Assembly: GCA_965222155.1 (NCBI GenBank)
Contig: CBDCTH010000012.1
Coordinates: forward strand, 2,048,001 to 2,112,000
Length of the DNA: 64,000 nt
Direction: 5' to 3'
Source of the DNA: Gammaproteobacteria bacterium
GTDB taxonomy: Bacteria; Pseudomonadota; Gammaproteobacteria; Eutrophobiales; Eutrophobiaceae
Position numbers and translations under genes: made by a program. Below the pieces are notes generated by a model that saw only the letters and a program-made list of their open reading frames with translations, had not been told where the DNA came from and made no database searches. Shown one piece after another: positions 20,461-28,998 of the stretch (its first letter is position 1; each line of letters begins with the position of its first letter).

Positions 20461-20990
20461 TGTCTGCCGCCTCGATCATGTCGACCAGCACCTTGATGTT
20501 CCCGGCGATGGCGGCGTCCAGCCGCGCGCCTTCGGCGTGCTGCTCGTGCAGTTGCGCGACGAGTCGCTTCATCTTGTCCTCGAACGGTTCGCCGTCATCC
20601 TCCTGCGGCGGCGCGCCGACATAGCGGCCGGGGGTCAGCACATGGCCGTACTTGCGCACATCATCAAGCGGCGCGCTCTGGCAGAAGCCGGGGACGTCAA
20701 CGTATTCGCCTGCATCCTTCTCGCCGCGCCAGTCGGAGACGTTGAAGGGCGGGTTGGCAAGGATGAAATCTGCTTTGAGATGGGGATGGCGGTCGTTGTT
20801 GAAGCTGTCGCCGTGGGCGGTCTGACCCTCGATGCCGCGGATAGCGAGGTTCATCTTCGCCAGCCGCCAAGTCGTGTAGTTGAACTCCTGGCCGTAAATG
20901 CTGATGTCGCGCCTGGCTCTGCCACCATTGCCGTTACCCTCTGCTTTCGTCTTCGCGCCATGCGCTATCTCTCCGGTTGAGTGAGATGCC
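20453..20990 (-). pseudogene. hsdM: Type I R-M methyltransferase remnant (N-terminus lost, internal deletion)
   Basis: [26 protein letters not shown] motif joined directly to C-terminal DVPGFC...LTPGRYVG. Confidence 0.88.
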
Positions 20991-21024
20991 ATATTTCGTG
21001 TCTGTCGGGGGTTATGCACCCGTA

Positions 21025-21077
21025 CAGCAATCCATACTCCATCTTCATCCCGGTCAATGGTCATTGATGAATTTCAT
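21025..21077 (-). pseudogene. HicB-like antitoxin N-terminal fragment
   Basis: MKFI/x/[12 protein letters not shown] with a frameshift, resembling HicB N-termini. Confidence 0.5.
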
Positions 21078-21467
21078 GAATCCTATTATTCATCATGTTC
21101 GCGGAAAGTGTAACCGATAATGCTTCAAGATTACATCAACTGTCCGGGTTCAACAGGACCATCTTATAGTTCCCCCGGTCTGGAGGCTGTTACATGGGGG
21201 GCGGTCAGGCTGGCCCTATGGTCTGTCGATTTGTACTTTTTGGCAGCTTGTTTCAGTTTTAGCGGCTTGCTACGGGTCTGATTTGCGCGTTGGGCGTGGG
21301 TTTGAGGTCGCTGCGAGTCAGTGCGGGCCAAGCCCGTCGACGGCGTTCTGAAACATCAGAACATCCGGTTGAGCACGTAGTTTAATCAGGAACCCAACCA
21401 ACGAAACACAGTACAGGACGCCCACCCATTTTCCTACTGCGCCCCAAGTTAAAGGTGGAGCTTTCTC

Positions 21468-21612
21468 CATACCCGGTGCCGTGGGCACGGAAGAAACGAT
21501 GGATTTTTATGATGTGCCGGTGGTCAAAGCGGGCCAGTGTCTGCGCTTCATTGGGAAATCGCTCCAACCCCCATTCGCAATCGGCTTTGTCCTATTTGGA
21601 TTTGGGGAGCGT
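21468..21612 (-). pseudogene. Ser/Thr protein kinase fragment 2
   Basis: LPKSK*DKADCEWGLERFPNEAQTLARFDHRHIIKIHRFFRAHGTGY (subdomains III-V), internal stop. Confidence 0.75.
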
Positions 21613-21676
21613 ACTGCCTCGAATCCGGCCAAGGAGCCTTGTTGCTCCACTCTTGAATATATGAGGTCGGGATCAA
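21613..21676 (-). pseudogene. AbiEii-like toxin, about 21-codon stub
   Basis: TTG overlapping the AbiEi stop; MIPTSYIQEWSNKAPWPDSRQ resembles AbiEii N-termini, then breaks off. Confidence 0.7.
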
Positions 21677-22497
21677 AAGTCTATCTCCACGGGTTCATTT
21701 ATCACGAGTGCCCACTTGGCGTCTTTTTCGGGTTCATACAACTCGCCAAACGCTTCAGGCATCGGTTTAACAGACGGGTCCAGGGGCTTCATGGATTTAG
21801 CCTTCTTTACGAACGATTCCAGCGCCTTAGCCTGGCTTACATGACCGGTATGTTCCAGCAGGTACCCAAGTCGGCGCACCGTTGAGTTCTCGTATGCCAG
21901 GGCGATTTTCGCAAGCTTGCGCGGGTCGGCGTCAGCGCCGAGGTGTTTTGCAATCTGGGCCACTCCATTGATGCCGGCAGCTTTGTGAAAATAGCGTACG
22001 CAATCCAGAAGAGTCAGTTCCACACCAGCTACTTTGGCGAAGCCCGCCTCGCTTTTTATTTGCGAAAGCCATTCGGACGTATTGGTTCTAACAAAGACCG
22101 ACGAGTCCTGGTAGATGAATTGAAGTCGTTGACGGCCTATATCGAACGGACGAAACTGCCTTGGTGCAATCACTTGAAAGACCATGGCGGCCTGGTGCGA
22201 AGAACCATGGAAAGAAGCTGCACGCAACAAGGATATCCGATAGTCGAGACCTGAATATTTCATCAGGGGGTCGATCCAGCGCACTGGGTCCGGCACCCCA
22301 CTCACCCTATCTTCGGGTCGCAGGATCAGGTAGAAACCACGGCGGGGAGACACCAGCCGATACTTCTTGATCAATCTGGCAGCGGCGGCGATAAATGCCT
22401 CTGCACTCAGACCGAGTGATGCCAATGCTTCTTCCCGAGAGAAGTGGGCCTGGCCACGAGAAAGCAGTTCATCAAGATAATGGTTAAGGGAGGCCAT
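21673..22497 (-). CDS. Type IV TA AbiEi family antitoxin
   Basis: MASLNHYLDELL...RRGFYLI...LLRAASFHGSSHQAAMVFQV...RRLGYLLE; TATAAT 6 nt before ATG. Confidence 0.85.
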   Translation of the reverse strand: MASLNHYLDELLSRGQAHFSREEALASLGLSAEAFIAAAARLIKKYRLVSPRRGFYLILRPEDRVSGVPDPVRWIDPLMKYSGLDYRISLLRAASFHGSSHQAAMVFQVIAPRQFRPFDIGRQRLQFIYQDSSVFVRTNTSEWLSQIKSEAGFAKVAGVELTLLDCVRYFHKAAGINGVAQIAKHLGADADPRKLAKIALAYENSTVRRLGYLLEHTGHVSQAKALESFVKKAKSMKPLDPSVKPMPEAFGELYEPEKDAKWALVINEPVEIDF

Positions 22498-22498
22498 A

Positions 22499-22553
22499 CC
22501 CCGATTATATGCGAAATACGACGGAAATAAAAGATTTTTGCATATAATCGGGG
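22499..22553. promoter_or_regulatory. AbiEi autoregulatory inverted repeat overlapping the -10 box
   Basis: Perfect 14-bp IR ccccgattatatgc (22499-22512) / gcatataatcgggg (22540-22553). Confidence 0.75.
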
Positions 22554-22555
22554 GT

Positions 22556-22717
22556 GTCGTTGGGCAGGTACTCCTTGATGGCCACGGCCTTATCAAGGTG
22601 ATGGTCATAGCCCAGGTAGGTAATCCCGAAGCCGCCGCCCAGGACACGCACCAGTTCATATTCCTGGATGCGACAACCCGGGGGCAGGGCATGGAGATGG
22701 TCGGTTATGAATGACAA
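22556..22717 (-). pseudogene. Ser/Thr protein kinase fragment 1 (N-lobe)
   Basis: HALPPGCRIQEYELVRVLGGGFGITYLG...VAIKEYLPND. Confidence 0.8.
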
Positions 22718-22789
22718 TTAATTCTTATCATGAAGGCGCTAATGATATAGGGAACCATCTATTAATGGTTCCTCGTAGTAGTGAAAACT

Positions 22790-23086
22790 TCAGGCTGAGG
22801 CGGTACGATCAATTCGCTCAACTTCGATCTTGCCGACCCGCTTCAGCGCCTGGGCAAGGTTGTAGGCCGCCTGCATTCGGCACCACGTGGCCGCGCCACC
22901 GCCAAATGCTTTGTCGAGACGTATCGCCATCTCAGGTGAAATCCCCGAACGACCATTCACGACGTCCGATAGCTGCTTACGACTAACCCCAAGTTTGTTT
23001 GCTGCATCTGTCACGTTGAGCCCGAGAGGCTCCAGGCAATCGTAGCGGACAGACAGACCCGGATGAGGTGGATTCTTTATCGACAC
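22790..23086 (-). CDS. higA: HigA family antitoxin
   Basis: [30 protein letters not shown]. Confidence 0.93.
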   Translation of the reverse strand: MSIKNPPHPGLSVRYDCLEPLGLNVTDAANKLGVSRKQLSDVVNGRSGISPEMAIRLDKAFGGGAATWCRMQAAYNLAQALKRVGKIEVERIDRTASA

Positions 23087-23098
23087 TTTAATATCCTC

Positions 23099-23377
23099 CT
23101 AATGGTAATCGGTCAGTTCTACATCATAGACGTTGACCCCTTCAAAACGGAATACGACACGCCAGTTACCGGATACATCAACCGCCCAGTATCCCGCATA
23201 ACTACCCTTCAAGGGATGTAGCCGAAAACCTGGCAGGTCCATGTCTGCCGGTCTGGCCGCTTCGTCCAAACGTGCGAGAATTCGCTCAACTTTGTCGACG
23301 TATTCAGGCTTTATCCGTCGCCGGTCTCCCTTGTCATAGAGGAGCTTGAGACCCTTGTGGCGAAAACTGATAATCAT
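23099..23377 (-). CDS. higB: HigB (RelE-like) toxin
   Basis: MIISFRHKGL, LHPLKG, VSGNWRVVFRF, C-terminal DYH. Confidence 0.93.
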   Translation of the reverse strand: MIISFRHKGLKLLYDKGDRRRIKPEYVDKVERILARLDEAARPADMDLPGFRLHPLKGSYAGYWAVDVSGNWRVVFRFEGVNVYDVELTDYH

Positions 23378-23475
23378 ATCCCAGTATGCCTTGTCACATC
23401 TCAGATTACAATCCGATATAAGGGGACCCCCCAGGGCAAACGCATACTTTTGAATTCAGATGTTTTTGCCCGATT

Positions 23476-23574
23476 CCGTCATTCTGGCGCAGGCCAGAAT
23501 CCAGTGAATAACCCTTCATTACCCTGAGCATGCGCTGTTGTTTGACTGGATGCTGGCATTCGCCAGCATGACGG
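23476..23574. repeat. REPIN-like paired palindrome (GTCATTC..GAATCCAG family)
   Basis: ccgtcattctggcgcaggccagaatccagt ... actggatgctggcattcgccagcatgacgg; same family as the element inside purL. Confidence 0.8.
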
Positions 23575-23801
23575 GCGGCGTTGTCCGGTTGGTTTCCTGT
23601 CATCTGCAACAGAATCCAAAAGTATGCGGCTTGACTGTTGAAAAGAAGACGGAACAAAACAGCCCCCAAACTCTCTTTCAATCCGGTTAGCGGGAGCTGC
23701 TGCCGGGAGGGCAAGGAACTGTCACTAAAAATCGAATTTGTTGTATATTGGCTGTCCTGTTATACTTGAACACTAGCTGAACTGAAAAGGAGGAAGTCGC
23801 C

Positions 23802-24450
23802 ATGGAAAATAAACTGCATCGAGAACCCGCCACATTCGAAAAAATCCGGGCTACCCTGGACCGGGTATCAGAGAAACAGGAGAAATTCGCCGCGGGGATA
23901 GAGGAGCTCAGGAGGCTCTCCAAGGAGGACAAAGAGCGGATGAAAAAGCTGGAAGAGTTGTTTACGGGTCAATGGGGCAAACTGATGGAAAGCCTGGTGG
24001 AGGGCGACCTGGTGGCCTTGCTACAGGCACGAGAGATCACTGTGGAGTGCACATATCCACGCGTGCGCGGCCAGCGCAATGGCGTCGAATACCTGGATGA
24101 AATCGCGGCGGGTGGGCCGGTGCACATATCCACGCGTGCGCGGCCAGCGCAATGGCGAGCATTACGAATTTGACATCCTGGCCGGGAATGGCGCCGAGCT
24201 GGTGGTGGTGGAAGTAAAGACCACGATGAAGGTCGGGGACGTGAGGTATTTTCTGGCGAAGCTGGATAGATTCACGCAATACCAGCCGCTCTACAAAGAC
24301 AAGCAGATCTATGGCGCGGTGGCGTATTTGAAGGCGGAGGATGCCTCAGACGTGTATGCGCAACGGCGGGGTTTGTACGTCATCCGGGCCACCGGCAGCA
24401 GCGCCAGCATCATCAACAAAGCAGACTTCCGGCCCCGGCTATTCAATTGA
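23802..24450 (+). pseudogene. Coiled-coil + PD-(D/E)XK nuclease-like protein, frameshifted by a 73-bp duplication/insertion
   Basis: WGKLMESLV and EFDIL...VVVEVKT motifs in two frames; removing 73 bp restores a 191-aa ORF; strong AAGGAGG RBS. Confidence 0.82.
24047..24157. repeat. 38-bp direct repeat flanking a 35-bp unique insert
   Basis: gtgcacatatccacgcgtgcgcggccagcgcaatggcg at 24047-24084 and 24120-24157. Confidence 0.92.
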
Positions 24451-24604
24451 TTGAAAATGGGGACAGATTTATTTTTAGCAGGATGTTCAACCCCACATTC
24501 AACACCTGAAAGCAAATGGCAGGCGTCAGGCGTTGACGGATGCGGGCCGGCGAGCCTTCGGTGTCAAAAAGATGGCGTCATTCCGGTATGCGCCGGACAG
24601 ACTG

Positions 24605-25222
24605 CTAATGCAAACGCCAGAGATTGACGATATTGCAGAATAGTTCGGCCGTACGTTCGGCGTCGTACAGGGCCGAATGCGCTTCTTCCTCTTCCCACTC
24701 CAGCCCCGCTGCCCTGACTGCCCGGGACAGTACGGTCTGGCCGTAGGCCAGGCCTCCCAATGTAGCCGTATCAAATGTGCTGAAGGGGTGAAAAGGATTG
24801 CGCTTCAGACCCGACCGGTTGGCTGCGGCATTGATGAAATTCAGGTCAAAGGAGGGATTGTGCCCCACCAGGATTGCACGGGTGCAGCCGTTTTCCTTCA
24901 TCATCCTTTTAACAGCCTGAAAGATTTCGCGTAATGCCTCTTTCTCGGATACGGCAATCTCTTTGCGGAACGGGTGATCAGGGTCGATACCGGTAAATTC
25001 CAGCGCCGCCTTATCCAGATTGGCTCCGGGGAAAGGTTGAATATGCTTTGAGATGGTCTCCCGATGGCGCCATACACCATCAGGTTCGACTTGCAGGAAA
25101 ACTACTGCGACCTCAAGCAAGGCATCCTCGACGGGATTGAACCCGGCCGTTTCCACATCCACAACCACGGGATAATAGCCCCTGAAACGGCCGGCGATCA
25201 CACCGTTCTTATCACTGCTCAC
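24605..25222 (-). CDS. rnt: Ribonuclease T
   Basis: RFRGYYPVVVDVETAGF, HNPSFD, NPFHPFS, AHSALYD; GTG start overlapping pyrC end. Confidence 0.96.
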   Translation of the reverse strand: MSSDKNGVIAGRFRGYYPVVVDVETAGFNPVEDALLEVAVVFLQVEPDGVWRHRETISKHIQPFPGANLDKAALEFTGIDPDHPFRKEIAVSEKEALREIFQAVKRMMKENGCTRAILVGHNPSFDLNFINAAANRSGLKRNPFHPFSTFDTATLGGLAYGQTVLSRAVRAAGLEWEEEEAHSALYDAERTAELFCNIVNLWRLH

Positions 25223-26267
25223 GAAGCAATTTCCACTGGCAGACTTTACCCGCCATGAACGGGACAAGCATAGTGTCCGCAAAGGTGATTATGTTGGGTA
25301 TACGCCAATCTTCCCGGCGCAAGGTAATCTTTTCCGTATTCAATGGTAATCCATAAAAAAGTGGCCCATTCCTGCTTGCGAATTTTTCCAGGGTGTCGAG
25401 GCTGTTTACCGCATCGAATATGGAAGCATACAACTCAATGGCTGCGTAAGCATTATAGATACCTGCGCAGCATGGCGGTTTTTCTTTTACCCGTATGCCA
25501 TGGGGGGCGCTGTCACTGCCAAGGAAAAATTTCGGGTTGCCGCCGACCGCTGCAGTCATCAGCGCCTGCCTGTGCTCCTCCCTTTTCAGCAGGGGCAGGC
25601 AGTAATGGTGCGGGTCAATCCCTCCGGAGAGCATGGCATTCCGGTTCAAAATCAGGTGATGGGGAGTAATCGTAGCGGCAATCTTTGCCGACGCGGCAGT
25701 TACGAACCGTACCGCGTCGCTGGTGGTAATATGCTCAAATACAACCCGTAGTGAACTGATATTCTCTACCAGGGGAGACAATACCCGTTCGATAAACACC
25801 TTTTCCCGGTCAAATACGTCAACATCGGCAGCCGTCACCTCGCCATGCACCAGCAGGGGAACGTCTCTTTGGGCCATGTACTCCAGTAACGGCATCACTT
25901 TGTCAATATCGGTTACACCGGAACTGGAATTTGTCGTGGCGCCCGCCGGATAGTACTTGAAGGCGCACACTTCGTCACAGTCGGCAACACGGTCCACCTC
26001 ACCTCTACCGGTATCATCGGTCAGGTACAAGGTCATCAATGGATTAAAACCGGCGTTTTCAGGCAGACAGGCAAGAATTCTTTGCCGATAATCCAGGGCC
26101 TGTTGAACGGACACGACCGGTGGAGCCAGGTTCGGCATGATCACAGCCCTGGCGAAGCGCTGGGCACTATCGCCCACTATACTGGCCAACTCTTCCCCGT
26201 CGCGCAGGTGCAGGTGAAAATCATCCGGCTTCAGCAGCGTAATCGTATCTATTGGTAGGGCTCCCAT
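25212..26267 (-). CDS. pyrC: Dihydroorotase (type II)
   Basis: PDDFHLHLRDG, YPAGATTNS, FEHITT, FLGSDSAPH. Confidence 0.97.
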   Translation of the reverse strand: MGALPIDTITLLKPDDFHLHLRDGEELASIVGDSAQRFARAVIMPNLAPPVVSVQQALDYRQRILACLPENAGFNPLMTLYLTDDTGRGEVDRVADCDEVCAFKYYPAGATTNSSSGVTDIDKVMPLLEYMAQRDVPLLVHGEVTAADVDVFDREKVFIERVLSPLVENISSLRVVFEHITTSDAVRFVTAASAKIAATITPHHLILNRNAMLSGGIDPHHYCLPLLKREEHRQALMTAAVGGNPKFFLGSDSAPHGIRVKEKPPCCAGIYNAYAAIELYASIFDAVNSLDTLEKFASRNGPLFYGLPLNTEKITLRREDWRIPNIITFADTMLVPFMAGKVCQWKLLREQ

Positions 26268-26357
26268 GGTCAGTATTTACTATCAGGTAGGGGTAGTATC
26301 AACCAAAAATAAAAAACAGGAAACTAAAAAGTGAAATCTGATATATGATTCCGTTAC

Positions 26358-27401
26358 ATGCAATACAGGAAACTGGGACATACCGATATTGATGTCAGCG
26401 TAATCTGCCTGGGCAGCATGACCTGGGGAGAACAGAATACGCTGGCGGAAGCCCATCAACAGCTTGATTTCGCCGTGCAAAAAGGCGTTAACTTCATCGA
26501 TACCGCGGAACTTTATCCCAGCCCGATACGGGCAGATACCCAGGGAAAAACAGAAGACTACCTGGGACGTTGGCTGAGCCAACGACCGGACCGTGACAAG
26601 CTGGTCATCGCCACCAAGATGTGCCCGTCCGCATCACATATCAACTACATGCGTGGCGGAAATAACCGGCTGGATAAGCAAAACATACAGCTGGCCGTTG
26701 ACGCCAGCCTGAAACGCCTGCAAACCGACTATATCGACCTGTACCAGATACACTGGCCGGAGCGGGACACGAATTATTTCGGTCAACTGGATTACTTCCA
26801 TGCCCCTGATAAGGACGGCGTACCCATAGAGGAGACCCTCAGCGCTCTGGGTGATCTTGTACGGATTGGGAAAATCCGCTACGTCGGCGTTTCCAACGAG
26901 ACGCCCTGGGGCGTCAGTGAGTACCTCAGGTTAGCCCGGGAACTGGACCTGCCCCGGATAGTTTCCATCCAAAATCCATACAGCCTGCTGAACAGGAGCT
27001 TTGATATCGGTCTGGCGGAGTTTGCCCACCGGGAAAAAGTCGGGTTGCTGGCTTACTCGCCGCTGGGATTTGGCGTATTATCGGGGAAATATTTAAACGG
27101 AAACCGGCCCGATAGGGCGCGCCTGACCTTATTCGGCGCGCAATACAAACGATACAACAACAAAATAGCTGATGAATGCACCCGGCAATACACGGCCGTT
27201 GCCAGAGAATACGGCATTGACCCGGCGCAGATGGCGCTGGCATTCGTCAACCGGCGCCCTTTCGTTACCAGCACGATTATCGGCGCAACCTCGCCGGCAC
27301 AGCTTGAAGTGAATATCGCCAGCGTTGACCTGGAACTGGACAAGAGCATGCTGAAACAGATCGAGGAAATCCACCTGTCACAACCCAACCCCAGTCCATG
27401 A
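26358..27401 (+). CDS. tas: NADP(H)-dependent aldo-keto reductase (Tas-like)
   Basis: LGSMTWGEQN, DTAELYP, DLYQIHWP, GVSNETPWG, IQNPYSLLNR. Confidence 0.9.
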   Translation: MQYRKLGHTDIDVSVICLGSMTWGEQNTLAEAHQQLDFAVQKGVNFIDTAELYPSPIRADTQGKTEDYLGRWLSQRPDRDKLVIATKMCPSASHINYMRGGNNRLDKQNIQLAVDASLKRLQTDYIDLYQIHWPERDTNYFGQLDYFHAPDKDGVPIEETLSALGDLVRIGKIRYVGVSNETPWGVSEYLRLARELDLPRIVSIQNPYSLLNRSFDIGLAEFAHREKVGLLAYSPLGFGVLSGKYLNGNRPDRARLTLFGAQYKRYNNKIADECTRQYTAVAREYGIDPAQMALAFVNRRPFVTSTIIGATSPAQLEVNIASVDLELDKSMLKQIEEIHLSQPNPSP

Positions 27402-27417
27402 ACCCGGATCCCGTCGG

Positions 27418-28818
27418 ATGGAGCTAAACCACCTTACTGCAATATCTCCCATAGACGGCCGTTACGGGCCCAGGACGGCGCCTTTACGCGCCATCTTCAG
27501 TGAATATGGCCTGTTTCACAGGAGGGCGCTGGTGGAAATCCGCTGGTTGCAGGCCCTGGCAAAGCATCCGGACATTACCGGATTGTCCGAATTAAGCCCT
27601 GAGGCCGACCGTGAACTCGAAGCTATCATCCGGGATTTCTCAGCGGCTGATGCCGCCAGGATCAAGGAGATCGAAAAAACGACCAACCATGACGTAAAGG
27701 CGGTGGAATATTTCATCCGGGAAAAAATCGGGGACAACGACGAGTTGCGCTCCGCTTCCGGGTTTATTCATTTTGCCTGCACCTCGGAAGATATTAATAA
27801 CCTCAGCCAGGGTTTGATGTTGGCGGAGGCTCGGGAGCATCATTTATGCACTGACCTGGACAAGCTGATTAACGGGTTGCGCCAGCTGGCGGAACGCTGG
27901 GCAACACAATCCATGCTGGCAAGAACCCATGGCCAAGCGGCCTCCCCCACCACCCTGGGGAAAGAACTGGCCATATTTGTACACCGGCTGCTCCGCCAGC
28001 TTGATCGCTTCAACAGGATTGACATATCGGGCAAGATGAACGGCGCCGTAGGTAATTTCAATGCGCACCTGGTTGCTTATCCCGACGTTGACTGGATGGA
28101 GTGTTCACGCATGTTTGTGGCGGATCTGGGGCTGAGCCATAATCCCCATACCACTCAGATTGAATCCCACGACTACATGGCCGAATACTTTCATGCCCTC
28201 GGCCGCATCAATACGATCCTGGTTGATTTATGCCGGGATATCTGGGCTTATATTGCCCTGGATTATTTTAAGCTGAAACCGGTCGCGGGCGAGACGGGCT
28301 CGTCAACCATGCCCCACAAGGTAAATCCCATCGACTTCGAGAACGCGGAAGGCAACCTTGGAGTAGCCAACGCCCTGCTCACCTTCCTGGCGGAAAAGCT
28401 GCCCGTATCCCGCTGGCAGCGGGATCTCACTGATTCAACCACTATCAGGAACATGGGCGCGGCAATAGCGCATTGCCTCATCGCTTACCAGTCCTGCCTG
28501 AAAGGGCTGAACAAACTGGAGGCGAATACGAAACGGATCAACGCCGACCTGGAAAACAACCCTGAGGTGCTGGCAGAGGCCATACAAACGGTAATGCGTC
28601 GGCACGGCATCGAAGAACCCTACGAAAAGCTCAAGGAACTGACCCGCGGCCAACGCGTTACCCTGGCGATATTACAGGAATTCATTGCCGGACTTGACAT
28701 CCCCGCACAGGATAAAGCCGCGCTGGCCAAACTCTCTCCCAAGGACTACATCGGCAACGCCATACAACAGACGGCGCAAATTATATCCGAGGGAAAGGGG
28801 CCGAAGCCTGGTAGATAA
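27418..28818 (+). CDS. purB: Adenylosuccinate lyase
   Basis: AISPIDGRY, TNHDVKAVEY, GSSTMPHKVNPIDFEN. Confidence 0.98.
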   Translation: MELNHLTAISPIDGRYGPRTAPLRAIFSEYGLFHRRALVEIRWLQALAKHPDITGLSELSPEADRELEAIIRDFSAADAARIKEIEKTTNHDVKAVEYFIREKIGDNDELRSASGFIHFACTSEDINNLSQGLMLAEAREHHLCTDLDKLINGLRQLAERWATQSMLARTHGQAASPTTLGKELAIFVHRLLRQLDRFNRIDISGKMNGAVGNFNAHLVAYPDVDWMECSRMFVADLGLSHNPHTTQIESHDYMAEYFHALGRINTILVDLCRDIWAYIALDYFKLKPVAGETGSSTMPHKVNPIDFENAEGNLGVANALLTFLAEKLPVSRWQRDLTDSTTIRNMGAAIAHCLIAYQSCLKGLNKLEANTKRINADLENNPEVLAEAIQTVMRRHGIEEPYEKLKELTRGQRVTLAILQEFIAGLDIPAQDKAALAKLSPKDYIGNAIQQTAQIISEGKGPKPGR

Positions 28819-28998
28819 CCATGAGTTCGACGTCTCGTCATTCTCCTGGATTATTCTACGCTGCGGCGTTCTGGATTTCTGCCCCTGCTCAACAGCATAC
28901 AGGGGTAAACTTTCGCAAATGGTAAATGGGGGATGGGAGAAACCGGAGGAATGCGCCGCGCTGACGCTTGATTTTCTGGAGAGTCTTGAAATAAACCC

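Noticed and set aside
21138-21207. IS3-like terminal fragments (ctgtccgggttcaacaggaccatctta; ggggggcggtca), and similar at 36382-36410
   Set aside because: Too short and unpaired, with no transposase sequence to support a call.
21673-22692. 339-aa ORF as a kinase-AbiEi fusion
   Set aside because: The upstream part is an off-frame reading of the kinase fragment; the promoter and ATG at 22497 define the real gene.
24047-24157. Calling this a bona fide CRISPR array
   Set aside because: Only two repeats, the repeat is the host gene's own coding sequence, and there is no leader or cas gene; kept as a hypothesis in findings.
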